A stretch of 64,000 nucleotides of DNA from Euprymna scolopes (taxonomy: Eukaryota): NCBI GenBank assembly GCA_053919585.1, contig CM132825.1; one strand, given 5' to 3'. The notes beneath the pieces were generated by a model. It was not told the origin of the DNA and made no database searches. It worked only from the letters and a program-made list of their open reading frames with translations. This document shows positions 50,301-64,000 of this stretch, one piece after another (position 1 is the first letter of the stretch; each line of letters starts with the position of its first letter). Made by a program: the position numbers and the translations under genes.

Positions 50301-53300
50301 CACTTAATCGGCTTTTATTTTTGTACTCACTTAATTGGGTTGTATTTTTGTACTCACTACATTGGCTTGTATTTTTGTACTCACTTAATCGGCTTTTATC
50401 TTTGTACTAACTTAATTGGCTTTTATTTTTGTACTCACTTAATTGGCTTGTATTTTTGTACACTCTTAATCGGCTTTTATCTTTGTACTCACTTAATTGG
50501 CTTTTATTTTTGTACTCACTTAATCGGCTTTTATTTTGTACTCACTAAATTGGCTTGTATTTTTGTACTCACTTAATGCGCTCGTATTTTTTACTCACTT
50601 AATTGGCTTGTATTTTTGTACTCACTTAATCGGCTTTTATCTTTGTACTCACTTAATCGACTTTTATTTTTGTACTCACTTAATCGGCTTTTATTTTTGT
50701 ACTCACTTAATTGGGCTGTATTTTTGTACTCACTTAATCGGCTTGTATTTTTGTACTCACTTAATCGGCTTTTATTTTTGTACTCACTTCATTGGGTTGT
50801 ATTTTTGTACTCACTTAATCGGCTTTTATCTTTGTACTCACTTAATTGGCTTGTATTTTTGTACTCACTTAATTGGGTTGTATTTTTGTACTCACTTTAT
50901 TGGCTTGTATCTTTGCACTCACTTAATTGGCTTTTATTTTTGTACTCACTTAATTGGCTTGTATTTTTGTACTCACTTAATCGGCTTGTATCTTTGTACT
51001 CACTTAATGCGCTCGTATTTTGTATTCACTTAATTGGCTTGTATGTTTGTACTCACTTAATCGGCTTGTATTTTTGTACTCACTAAATCGGCTTTTATTT
51101 TTGTACTCACTTTGTCGGCTTGTATTTTTGTACTCACTTAATCGGCTTTTATTTTTGTACTCACTTAATTGGCTTGTATTTTTGTACTCACTTAATTGGC
51201 TTGTATTTTTGTACTCACTTAATTCGCTTGTATTTTTGTACTCACTTAATCGGCTTTTATTTTTGTACTCACTTAATTGGGTTGTATTTTTGTACTCACT
51301 TAATTAGGTTGTATTTTTGTACTCACTTAATCGGCTTTTGATTTTGTACTCACTTAATTGGGTTGTATTTTTGTACTCACTTAATCGGCTTTTATTTTTG
51401 TACGCACTTAATAAGCTTGTATTTTTGTACTCACTTAATCGGCTTGTATTTTTGTACTCACTTAATCGGCTTGTATTTTTGTACTCACTTAATCGGCTTG
51501 TATTTTTGTACTCACTTAATCGGCTTTTATTTTTGTACTCACTTAATTGGGTTGTATTTTTGTACTAACTTAATAGGCTTGTATTTTTGTACTCCCTTAA
51601 TCGGCTTTTATCTTTGTACTCACTTAATCGGCTTGTATTTTTGTACTCACTTAATCGGCTTGTATTTTTGTACTCACTTAATCGGCTTGTATTTTTGTAC
51701 TCACTTAATCGGCTTGTATTTTTGTACTCACTTAATTGGGTTGTATTTTTGTACTCACTTAATCGGCTTTTATCTTTGTACTCACTTAATTGGGTTGTAT
51801 TTTTGTACTCACTTAATCGGCTTGTATTTTTGAACTCACTTAATCGGCTTTTATCTTTGTACTCACTTAATTGGCTTTTATTTCTGTACTCACTTTATTG
51901 GCTTGTATTTTTGTACTCACTTAATCGGCTTTTATTTTTGTACTCACTTAATCGGCTTTTATTTTTGTACTCACTTAATTGGCTTTTATCTTTGTACTCA
52001 CTTAATTGGCTTTTATTTTTGTACTCACTTAATTGGTTTGTATTTTTGTACTCACTTAATTCGCTTGTATTTTTGTACTCACTTAATCGGCTTTTATTTT
52101 TGTACTCACTTAATTGGGTTGTATTTTTGTACTCACTTAATCGGCTTGTATTTTTGTACTCACTTAATTGGCTTGTATTCTTGTGCTCACTTAATCTGCT
52201 TTTATCTTTGTACTCACTTAATTGACTTTTATTTTTGTACTCACTTAATCGGCTTGTATTTTTGTACTCACTTAATCGGCTTGTATTTTAGTACTCACTT
52301 AATCGGCTTTTATTTTTGTACTCACTTAATTGGGTTGTATTTTTGTACTCACTTAATCGGCTTGTATTTTAGTACTCACTTAATCGGCTTTTATTTTTGT
52401 ACTCACTTAATTGGGTTGTATTTTTGTACTCACTTAATCGGCTTGTATTTTTGTACTCACTTAATCGGCTTGCATTTTTGTACTCACTTAATCGGCTTTT
52501 ATTTTTGTACTCACTTAATTGGGTTGTATTTTTGTACTCACTACATTGGCTTGTATTTTTGTACTCACTTAATCGGCTTTTATCTTTGTACTCACTTAAT
52601 TGGCTTTTTTTTTTGTACTCACTTAATTGGCTTGTATTTTTGTACACTCTTAATCGGCTTTTATCTTTGTACTCACTTAATTGGCTTTTATTTTTGTACT
52701 CACTTAATCGGCTTTTATCTTTGTACTCACTAAATTTGCTTGTATTTTTGTACTCACTTAATGCGCTCGTATTTTTTACTCACTTAATTGGCTTGTATTT
52801 TTGTACTCACTTAATCGGCTTTTATCTTTGTACTCACTTAATCGACGTTTATTTTTGTACTCACTTAATCGGCTTTTATTTTTGTACTCACTTAATTGGG
52901 CTGTATTTTTGTACTCACTTAATCGGCTTGTATTTTTGTACTCACTTAATCGGCTTTTATTTTTGTACTCACTTCATTGCGTTGTATTTTTTTACTCACT
53001 TAATCGGCTTTTATCTTTGTACTCACTTAATTGGGTTGTATTTTTGTACTCAATTGGCTTGTATTTTTGTACTCACTTAATTGGCTTGTATCTTTGCACT
53101 CACTTAATTGGCTTTTATTTTTGTACTCACTTAATTTGCTTGTATTTTTGTACTCACTTAATCGGCTTGTATCTTTGTACTCACTTAATGCGCTCGTATT
53201 TTGTATTCACTTAATTGGCTTGTATGTTTGTACTCACTTAATCGGCTTGTATTTTTGTACTCACTAAATCGGCTTTTATTTTTGTACTCACTTAGTCGGC

Positions 53301-56300
53301 TTGTATTTTTGTACTCACTTAATCGGCTTTTATTTTTGTACTCACTTAATTGGCTTGTATTTTTGTACTCACTTAATTGGCTTGTATTTTTGTACTCACT
53401 TAATTGGATTGTATTTTTGTCCTCACTTAATCGGCTTGTATTTTTGTACTCACTTAATCGGCTTGTATTTTTGTACTCACTTAATCGGCTTTTATTTTTG
53501 TACTCACTTAATTGGGTTGTATTTTTGTACTTACTTAATTGGCTTTTATTTTTGTACTCACTTAATCGGCTTTTATCTTTGTACTCACTTAATTGGCTTT
53601 TATTTTTTACTCACTTAATTGGCTTGTATTTTTGTACTCATTTAATCGGCTTTTATCTTTGTACTCACTTAATCGACTTTTATCTTTGTACTCACTTAAT
53701 CGGCTTTTATTTTTGTACTGACTTAATTGGCCTGTATTTTTGTACTCACTTAATCGGCTTGTATTTTTGTACTCACTTAATCGGCTTTTATTTTTGTACT
53801 CACTTCATTGGGTTGTATTTTTGTACTCACTTAATCGGCTTTTATCTTTGTACTCACTTAATTGGGTTGTATTTTTGTACTCAATTGGCTTGTATTTTTG
53901 TACTCACTTAATTGGCTTGTATCTTTGCACTCACTTAATTGGCTTTTATTTTTGTACTCACTTAATTGGCTTGTATTTTTGTACTCACTTAATCGGCTTG
54001 TATCTTTGTACTCACTTAATGCGCTCGTATTTTGTATTCACTTAATTGGCTTGTATTTTTGTACTCACTTAATTGGGTTGTATTTTTGTCCTCACTTAAT
54101 CGGCTTGTATTTTTGTACTCACTTAATCGGCTTTTATTTTTGTACTCACTTAATCGGCTTTTATTTTTGTACTCACTTAATTGGGTTGTATTTTTGTACT
54201 CACTTTGCTGGTATTTTTGTACTCACTCAATCGGCTTGTATTTTTGTACTCACTTAATCGGCTTTTATTTTTGTACTCACTTAATTGGCTTGTATTTTTG
54301 TACTCACTTAATTCGCTTGTATCTTTGTACTCACTTAATTGGCTTTTATTTTTGTACTCACTTACTCGGCTTGTATTTTTGTACTCACTTGATTGGCTTT
54401 TATTTTTGTACTCACTTAATTGGGTTGTATTTTTGTACTCACTTAATCGGCTTGTATTTTGTTACTCACTTAATCGGCTTGTATTTTTGTACTCACTTAC
54501 TCGGCTTGTATTTTTGTACTCACTTAATCGGCTTTTATTTTTGTACTCACTTAATTGGGTTGTATTTTTGTACTCACTTAATTGGCTTGTATTTTTGTAC
54601 TCACTTAATCGGCTTGTATTTTTGTACTCACTTAATCGGCTTTTATTTTTGTACTCACTTTATCGGCTTGTATTTTTGTACTCACTTAATCCGCTTTTAT
54701 TGTTGTACTTACTTAATTGGCTTGTATTTTTGTACTCACTTAATTGGGTTGTATTTTTGTACTTACTTAATTGGGTTGTATTTTTGTACTCACTTAATTG
54801 GGTTGTATTTTTGTCCTCACTTAATCGGCTTTTATTTTTGTACTCACTTAATCGGCTTGTATTTTTGTACTCACTTAATCCGCTTTTATTTCTGTACTTA
54901 CTTAATTGGCTTGTATTTTTGTACTCACTTAATTCGCTTGTATTTTTGTACTCACTTAATTGGCTTTTATATTTGTACTCACTTACTCGGCTTGTATTTT
55001 TGTACTCACTTGATTGGCTTTTATTTTTGTACTCACTTAATTGGGTTGTATTTTTGTACTCACTTAATCGGCTTGTATTTTTGTACTCACTTAATCGGCT
55101 TGTATTTTTGTACTCACTTACTCGGCTTGTATTTTTGTACTCACTTAATCGGCTTTTATTTTTGTACTCACTTAATTGGGTTGTATTTTTGTACTCACTT
55201 AATTGGCTTTTATTTTTGTACTAACTTAATCGGCTTGTATCTTTGTACTCACTTAATTGGCTTTTATTTTTGTACTCACTTAATTGGCTTGTATTTTTGT
55301 ACTCACTTAATTGGCTTGTATTTTTGTACTCACTTAATCGGCTTGTATTTTTGTACTCACTTACTCGGCTTTTATTTTTGTACTCACTTAATCGGCTTGT
55401 ATTTTTGTACTCACTTAATCGGCTTGTATTTTTGTACTCACTTACTCGGCTTGTATTTTTGTACTCACTTAATCGGCTTTTATTTTTGTACTCACTTAAT
55501 TGGGTTGTATTTTTGTACTCACTTAATTTGCTTTTATTTTTGTACTCACTTAATCGGCTTTTATCTTTGTACTCACTTAATTGGCTTTTATTTTTGTACT
55601 AACTTAATTGGCTTGTATTTTTGTACTCACTTAATTGGCTTGTATTTTTGTACTAACTTAATGCGCTCGTATTTTGTACTCTCTTAATTGGCTTTTATTT
55701 TTGTACTCACTTAATCGGCTTTTATCTTTGTACTCACTTAATCGGCTTTTATTTTTGTACTCACTTAATCGGCTTTTATTTTTGTACTCACTTAATCGGC
55801 TTGTATTTTTGTACTCACTTAATTAGGTTGTATTTTTGTACTCACTTAATTGGCTTTTATTTTTGTACTCACTTAATTGGCTTTTATTTTTGTACTCACT
55901 TAATTGGCTTGTATTTTTGTACTCACTTAATCGGCTTTTATTTTTGTACTCACTTAAACGGCTTTTATCTTTGTACTCACTTAATTGGCTTTTATTTTTG
56001 TACTAACTTAATTGGCTTGTATTTTTGTACTCACTAATTCGCTTGTATTTTTGTACTCACTTAATCGGCTTTTATTTTTGTACTCACTTAATTCGCTTGT
56101 ATTTTTGTACTCACTTAATCGGCTTGTATTTTTGTACTCACTTAATTGGCTTGTATTTTTGTACTCACTTAATCGGCTTTTATCTTTGTACTCACTTAAT
56201 TAGCTTTTATTTTTGTACTCACTTAATCGGCTTGTATTTTTGTACTTACTTAATCGGCTTGTATTTTTGTACTCACTTGATTAGGTTGTATTTTTGTACT

Positions 56301-59300
56301 CACTTAATCGGCTTTTGATTTTGTACTCACTTAATTGGGTTGTATTTTTGTACTCACTTAATCGGCTTTTATTTTTGTACGCACTTAATCGGCTTGTATT
56401 TTTGTACTCACTTAATCGGCTTGTATTTTTGTACTCACTTAATCGGCTTGTATTTTTGTACTCACTTAATCGGCTTGTATTTTTGTACTCACTTAATCGG
56501 CTTTTATTTTTGTACTCACTTAATTGGGTTGTATTTTTGTACTCACTTAATCGGCTTGTATTTTTGTACTCCCTTAATCGGCTTTTATCTTTGTACTCAC
56601 TTAATCGGCTTGTATTTTTGTACTCACTTAATCGGCTTGTATTTTTGTACTCACTTAATCGGCTTGTATTTTTGTACTCACTTAATCGGCTTGTATTTTT
56701 GTACTCACTTAATTGGGTTGTATTTTTGTACTCACTTAATCGGCTTTTATTTTTGTACTCACTTAATTGGCTTGTATTTTTGTACTCACTTAATCGGCTT
56801 GTATTTTTGAACTCACTTAATCGGCTTTTATCTTTGTACTCACTTAATTGGCTTTTATTTTTGTACTCACCTTATTGGCTTGTATTTTTGTACTAACTTA
56901 ATCGGCTTTTATTTTTGTACTCACTTAATCGGCTTTTATTTTTGTACTCACTTAATTGGCTTTTATCTTTGTACTCACTTAATTGGCTTTTATTTTTGTA
57001 CTCACTTAATTGGCTTGTATTTTTGTACTCACTTAATTCGCTTGTATTTTTGTACTCACTTAATCGGCTTTTATTTTTGTACTCACTTAATTGGCTTTTA
57101 TTATTGTACTCACTTAATCGGCTTGTATTTTTGTACTCACTTAATTGGCTTGTATTCTTGTGCTCACTTAATCGGCTTTTATCTTTGTACTCACTTAATT
57201 GACTTTTATTTTTGTACTCATTTAATCGGCTTCTATTTTTGTACTCACTTAATCGGCTAGTATTTTTGTACTCACTTAATTAGGTTGTATTTTTGTACTC
57301 ACTTAATCGGCTTTTGATTTTGTACTCACATAATTGGGTTGTATTTTTGTACTCACTTAATCGGCTTGTATTTTTGTACTCACTTAATCGGCTTTTATTT
57401 TTGTACTCACTTAATCGGCTTTTGATTTTGTACTCACTTAATTGGGTTGTATTTTTGTACTCACTTTATCGGCTTTTATTTTTGTACTCACTTAATTGGC
57501 GTGTATTTTTGTACTCACTTAATCGGCTTGTATCTTTGTACTCACTTAATCGGCTTTTATTTTAGTACTCACGTAATCGGCTTTTATCTTTGTACTCACT
57601 TAATTGGCTTTTATTTTTGTACTCACTGAATTGGCTTTAATTTTTGTACTCACTTAATCGGCTTTTATCTTTGTACTCACTTAATTGGCTTGTATTTTTG
57701 TACTCACTTAATTGGCTTGTATTTTTGTACTCACTAAATTGGCTTGTATTTTAGTACTCACTTAATGCGCTCTTATTTTGTACTCACTTAATTGGCTTTT
57801 GTTTTTTTACTCACTTAATCGGCTTTTATCTTTGTACTCACTTAATCGGCTTTTATTTTTGTACTCACTTAATCGGCATTTATTTTTGTACTCACTTAAT
57901 TGGGTTGTATTTGTGTACTCACTTAATCGGCTTTTATTTTTGTACTCACTTAATCGGCTTGTATTTTTGTAGTCACTTAATTGGCTTTTATTTTTGTACT
58001 CACTTAATCGGCTTTTATTTTTGTACTCACTTAATCGGCTTGTATTTTTGTACTCACTTAATCGGCTTGTATTTTAGTACTCACTTAATCGGCTTTTATT
58101 TTTGTACTCACTTAATTGGGTTGTATTTTTGTACTCACTTAATCGGCTTGTATTTTTGTACTCACTTAATCGGCTTGCATTTTTGTACTCACTTAATCGG
58201 CTTTTATTTTTGTACTCACTTAATTGGGTTGTATTTTTGTACTCACTACATTGGCTTGTATTTTTGTACTCACTTAATCGGCTTTTATCTTTGTACTCAC
58301 TTAATTGGCTTTTATTTTTGTACTTACTTAATTGGCTTGTATTTTTGTACACTCTTAATCGGCTTTTATCTTTGTACTCACTTAATTGGCTTTTATTTTT
58401 GTACTCACTTAATCGGCTTTTATTTTGTACTCACTAAATTGGCTTGTATTTTTGTACTCACTTAATGCGCTCGTATTTTTAACTCACTTAATTGGCTTGT
58501 ATTTTTGTACTCAGTTAATCGGCTTTTATCTTTGTACTCACTTAATCGACTTTTATTTTTGTACTCACTTAATCGGCTTTTATTTTTGTACTCACTTAAT
58601 TGGGCTGTATTTTTGTACTCACTTAATCGGCTTGTATTTTTGTACTCACTTAATCGGCTTTTATTTTTGTACTCACTTCATTGGGTTGTATTTTTGTACT
58701 CACTTAATCGGCTTTTATCTTTGTACTCACTTAATTGGGTTGTATTTTTGTACTCACTTAATTGGGTTGTATTTTTGTACTCACTTTATTGGCTTGTATC
58801 TTTGCACTCACTTAATTGGCTTTTATTTTTGTACTCACTTAATTGGCTTGTATTTTTGTACTCACTTAATCGGCTTGTATCTTTGTACTCACTTAATGCG
58901 CTCGTATTTTGTATTCACTTAATTGGCTTGTATGTTTGTACTCACTTAATCGGCTTGTATTTTTGTACTCACTAAATCGGCTTTTATTTTTGTACTCACT
59001 TTGTCGGCTTGTATTTTTGTACTCACTTAATCGGCTTTTATTTTTGTACTCACTTAATTGGCTTGTATTTTTGTACTCACTTAATTGGCTTGTATTTTTG
59101 TACTCACTTAATTGGGTTGTATTTTTGTCCTCACTTACTCGGCTTGTATTTTTGTACTCACTTAATCGGCTTTTATTTTTTTACTCACTTAATCGGCTTT
59201 TATTTTTGTACTCACTTAATTGGGTTGTATTTTTGTACTCACTTGGCTGGTATTTTTGTACTCACTTAATCGGCTTGTATTTTTGTACTCACTTAATCGG

Positions 59301-62300
59301 CTTTTATTTTTGTACTCACTTAATCGGCTTTTATTTTTGTACTCACTTAATTGGCTTGTATTTTTGTACTCACTTAATTGGCTTTTATTTTTGTACTCAC
59401 TTACTCGGCTTGTATTTTTGTACTCACTTGATTGGCTTTTATTTTTGTACTCACTTAATTGGGTTGAATTTTTGTACTCACTTAATCGGCTTGTATTTTT
59501 GTACTCACTTAATCGGCTTGTATTTTTGTACTCACTTACTCGGCTTGTATTTTTGTACTCACTTAATCGGCTTTTATTTTTGTAATCACTTAATTGGGTG
59601 ATATTTTTGTACTCACTTAATTGGCTTTTATTTTTGTACTCACTTAATCGGCTTTTATCTTTGTACTCACTTAATTGGCTTTTATTTTTTACTCACTTAA
59701 TTGGCTTGTATTTTTGTACTCACTTAATCGGCTTTTATCTTTGTACGCACTTAATCGACTTTTATATTTGTACTCACTTAATCGGCTTTTATTTTTGTAC
59801 TGACTTAATTGGCCTGTATTTTTGTACTCACTTAATCGGCTTGTATTTTTGTACTCACTTAATCGGCTTTTATTTTTGTACTCACTTCATTGGGTTGTAT
59901 TTTTGTACTCACTTAATCGGCTTTTATCTTTGTACTCACTTAATTGGGTTGTATTTTTGTACTCAATTGGCTTGTATTTTTGTACTCACTTAATTGGCTT
60001 GTATCTGTGCACTCACTTAATTGGCTTTTATTTTTGTACTCACTTAATTGGCTTGTATTTTTGTACTCACTTAATCGGCTTGTATCTTTGTACTCACTTA
60101 ATGCGCTCGTATTTTGTATTCACTTAATTGGCTTGTATTTTTGTACTCACTTAATTTGGTTGTATTTTTGTCCTCACTTAATCGGCTTGTATTTTTGTAC
60201 TGACTTAATCGGCTTTTATTTTTGTACTCACTTAATCGGCTTTTATTTTTGTACTCACTTAATTGGGTTGTATTTTTGTACTCACTTGGCTTGTATTTTT
60301 GTACTCACTTAATCGGCTTGTATTTTTGTACTCACTTAATCGGCTTTTATCTTTGTACTCACTTAATTGGCTTGTATTTTTGTACTCAGTTAATTCGCTT
60401 GTATTTTTGTACTCACTTAATTGGCTTTTATTTTTGTACTCACTTACTCGGCTTGTATTTTTGTACTCACTTGATTGGCTTTTATTTTTGTACTCACTTA
60501 ATTGGGTTGTATTTTTGTACTCACTTAATCTGCTTGTATTTTTGTACTCACTTAATCGGCTTGTATTTTTGTACTCACTTACTCGTCTTGTATTTTTGTA
60601 CTCACTTAATCGGCTTTTATTTTTGTACTCACTTAATTGGGTTGTATTTTTGTACTCACTTAATTGGCTTTTATTTTTGTACTCACTTAATCAGCTTTTA
60701 TCTTTGTACTCACTTAATTGGCTTTTATTTTTGTACTAACTTAATTGCCTTGTATTTTTATACTCACTAAATTGGCTTGTATTTTTGTACTCACTTAATG
60801 CGCTCGTATTTTGTACTCACTTAATTGGCTTTTATTTTTGTACTCACTTAATCGGCTTTTATCTTTGTACTCACTTAATCGGCTTTTATTTTTGTACTCA
60901 CTTAATCGGCTTTTATTTTTGTACTCACTTAATCGGCTTGTATTTTTGTACTCACTTAATCGGCTTTTATTTTTGTACTCACTAAATCGGCTTGTATTTT
61001 TGTACTCACTTAATCGGCTTTTATTTTTGTACTCATTTAATCGGCTTTTATTTTTGTATTCACTACAACGGCTTGTATTTTTGTACTCACTTAATCGGCT
61101 TGTATTTTTGTACTCACTTAATTGGGTTGTATTTTTGTACTCACTTAATCGGCTTGTATTTTTGAACTCACTTAATTGGCTTGTATTTTTGTACTCACTT
61201 AATCGGCTTTTATCTTTGTACTCACTTAATTGGCTTGTATTTTTGTACTCACTTAATCGGCTTGTATTTTTGTACTCACTTAATCGGCTTGTATTTTTGT
61301 ACTCACTTAATCGGCTTGTATTTTTGTACTCACTTAATTAGGTTGTATTTTTGTACTCACTTAATCGGCTTGTATTTTTGTACTTACTTAATCGGCTTGT
61401 ATTTTTGTACTCACTTACTCGGCTTTTATTTTTGTACTCACTTAATGTGGTTGTATTTTTGTACTCACTTTATCGGCTTTTATTTTTGTACTCACTTACT
61501 CGGCTTGTATTTTTGTACTCACTTAATCGGCTTTTATCTTTGTACTCACTTAATCGGCTTTTATTTTTGTACTAACTTAATCGGCTTTTATCTTTGTACT
61601 CACTTAATCGGCTTGTATTTTTGTACTCACTTAATCGGCTTTTATTTTTGTACTCACTTAATCGGCTTTTATCTTTGTACTCACTTAATCGGCTTTTATC
61701 TTTGTACTAACTTAATTGGCTTGTATTTTTGTACTCACTTAATTGGCTTGTATTTTTGTACTCACTAAATTGGCTTGTATTTTTGTACTCACTTAATGCG
61801 CTCTTATTTTGTACTCACTTAATTGGCTTTTATTTTTGTACTCACTTAATCGGCTTTTATCTTTGTACTCACTTAATCGGCTTTTATTTTTGTACTCACT
61901 TAATAGGCATTTAGTTTTGTACTCACTTAATTGGGTTGTATTTGTGTACTCACTTAATCGGCTTTTATTTTTGTACTTACATAATCGGCTTGTATTTTTG
62001 TACTCACTTAATTGGCTTTTATTTTTGTACTCACTTAATCGGCTTTTATTTTTGTACTACCTTAATCGGCTTGTATTTTTGTACTCACTTACTCGGCTTG
62101 TATTTTAGTAATCACTTAATCGGCTTTTATTTTTGTACTCACTTAATTGGGTTGCATTTTTGTACTCACTTAATCGGCTTGTATTTTTGTACTCACTTAA
62201 TCGGCTTGCATGTTTGTACCTACTTAATCGGCTTTTATTTTTGTACTCACTTAATTGGGTTGTATTTTTGTACTCACTAAATTGGCTTGTATTTTTGTAC

Positions 62301-64000
62301 TCACTTAATCGGCTTTTATCTTTGTACTCACTTAATTGGCTTTTATTTTCGTACTCACTTAATTGGCTTGTATTTTTGTACTCACTTAATCGGCTTTTAT
62401 CTTTGTACTCCCTTGATTGGCTTTTATTTTTGTACTCACTTAATTGGCTTTTATCTTTGTACTCACTTCATTGGCTTTTATTTTTGTACTCACTTAATCG
62501 GCTTTTATCTTTGTACTCACTTAATTGGCTTTTATTTTTGTACTCACTTAATTAGCTTTTATCTTTGTATTCACTTAATTGGCTTTTATTTTTGTACTCA
62601 CTTAATCGGCTTTTATCTTTGTACTCACGTAATTGGCTTTTATCTTTGTACTCACTTAATCGGCTTTTATTTTTGTACTCACTTTATCGGCTTTTATCTT
62701 TGTACTCACTTAATTGGCTTTTATTTTTGTACTCACTTAATCGGCTTGTATTTTTCTACTCACTTAATGCGCTCGTATTTTTTACTCACTTAATTGGCTT
62801 ATATTTTTGTACTCACTTAATCGGCTTTTATCTTTGTACTCACTTAATGGGCTTTTATTTTTGTACTCACTTAATCGGTATGTATTTTTGTACTCACTTA
62901 ATTTGGTTGTATTTTTGTACTCACTTAATCGGCTTGTATTTTTGTACTCACTTAATCGGCTTTTATTTTTGTACTCACTTAATCGGCTTTTATCTTTGTA
63001 CTCACTTAATTGGGTTGTATTTTTGTACTCACTTAATTGGCTTGTATTTTTGTACCCACTTAATTGGCTTGTATCTTTGCACTCACTTAATTGGCTTTTA
63101 TTTTTGTACTCATTTAATTGGCTTGTATTTTTGTACTCACTGAATCGGCTTGTATTTTTGTACTCACTTAATGCGCTCGTATTTTGTATTAACTTAATTG
63201 GCTTGTATTTTTGTACTCACTTAATCGGCTTGTATTTTTGTACTCACTTAATCGGCTTTTATTTTTGTACTCACTTAATTGGCTTGTATTTTTGTACTCA
63301 CTTAATTGGCTTGTATTTTTGTACTCACTTAATCGGCTTGTATTTTTCTACTCACTTAATCGGCTTTTATTTTTGTACTCACTTAATTAAGTTGTATTTT
63401 TGTCCTCACTTAATCGGCTTGTATTTTTGTACTCACTTAATCGGCTTTTATTTTTGTACTCACTTAATACGCTTTTTTTTTGTACTCACTTAATTTGGTT
63501 GTATTTTTGTACTCACTTGGCTGGTATTTTTGTACTCACTTAATCGGCTTGTATTTTTGTACTCACTTAATGTGCTTGTATTTTTGTACTCACTTGATTG
63601 GCTTTTATTTTTGTACTCACTTAATTGGGTTGTATTTTTGTACTCACTAAATCGGCTTGTATTTTTGTACTCACTTAATTGGCTTGTATTTTTGTACTCA
63701 CTTAATTGGCTTGTATTTTTGTACTCACTTAATGCGCTCGTATTTTGTACTCACTTAATCGGCTTGTATTTTTGTACTCACTTAATTGGCTTGTATTTTT
63801 GTACTCACTTAATTGGGTTGTATTTTTGTACTGACTTAATCGGCTTGTATTTTTGTACTCACTTAATTGGCTTGTATTTTTGTACTCACTTAATTGGGTT
63901 GTATTTTTGTACTCACTTAATCGGCTTGTATTTTTGTACTCACTTGGTCGGCTTTTATTTTTGTACTAACTTAATTGGCTTTTATTTTTGTACTCACTTA
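23358..64000. repeat. 27-bp satellite DNA, ~1500 monomers, extends beyond the window, with higher-order repeats
   Basis: Head-to-tail TTTGTACTCACTTAATYGGSTTKTATY with occasional 23/26/28-bp variants; no inversion or foreign insertion seen. Confidence 0.99.

Noticed and set aside
23314-64000. Hundreds of ORFs (YSLNRLVFL, THLIGLYFC, minus-strand SEYKNTSRL repeats) suggesting a giant repeat protein
   Set aside because: They result from a 27-bp (9-codon) unit. Every such frame is broken by recurrent stops (TACTAAC, TTTTGA, CACTAA, TTTTAG variants) and by 23/26/28-bp frameshifting monomers.
23358-64000. CRISPR-like array (conserved half plus variable half)
   Set aside because: No unique spacers, only a few point variants of one sequence; eukaryotic context and no cas genes.

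Overview
AT-rich, microsatellite-dense animal genomic DNA. The repeat landscape looks mollusc/cephalopod-like, which is an inference and not proven. The left 23 kb is mostly decayed mobile elements: three copies of a CR1/L2-group LINE (one nested antisense inside another), a Penelope-like element with a degenerate hammerhead-ribozyme motif, an RTE LINE ending in tandem C2H2 fingers, and two mariner relics with TIRs. It also holds four short N gaps, relics of old tandem duplications, and one clean phase1-1 exon encoding the N-terminal part of a divergent VWA-like domain (21798-21968, +). From 23358 to the window end is one uninterrupted satellite of ~1500 27-bp monomers (TTTGTACTCACTTAAT[C/T]GG[C/G]TT[G/T]TAT[T/C]) with nested ~2.2-2.3 kb and ~7.7-8.9 kb higher-order repeats; the many ORFs predicted in it are artefacts. 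Three observations stand out. (i) A ~41-unit minisatellite is literally the last 10 nt plus A-tail of a LINE reiterated in place. (ii) The 27-bp satellite starts in register inside the third copy of a ~130-150 bp repeat. (iii) The satellite probably lies in a >42 kb intron and shows a strong strand asymmetry of splice and polyadenylation signals.
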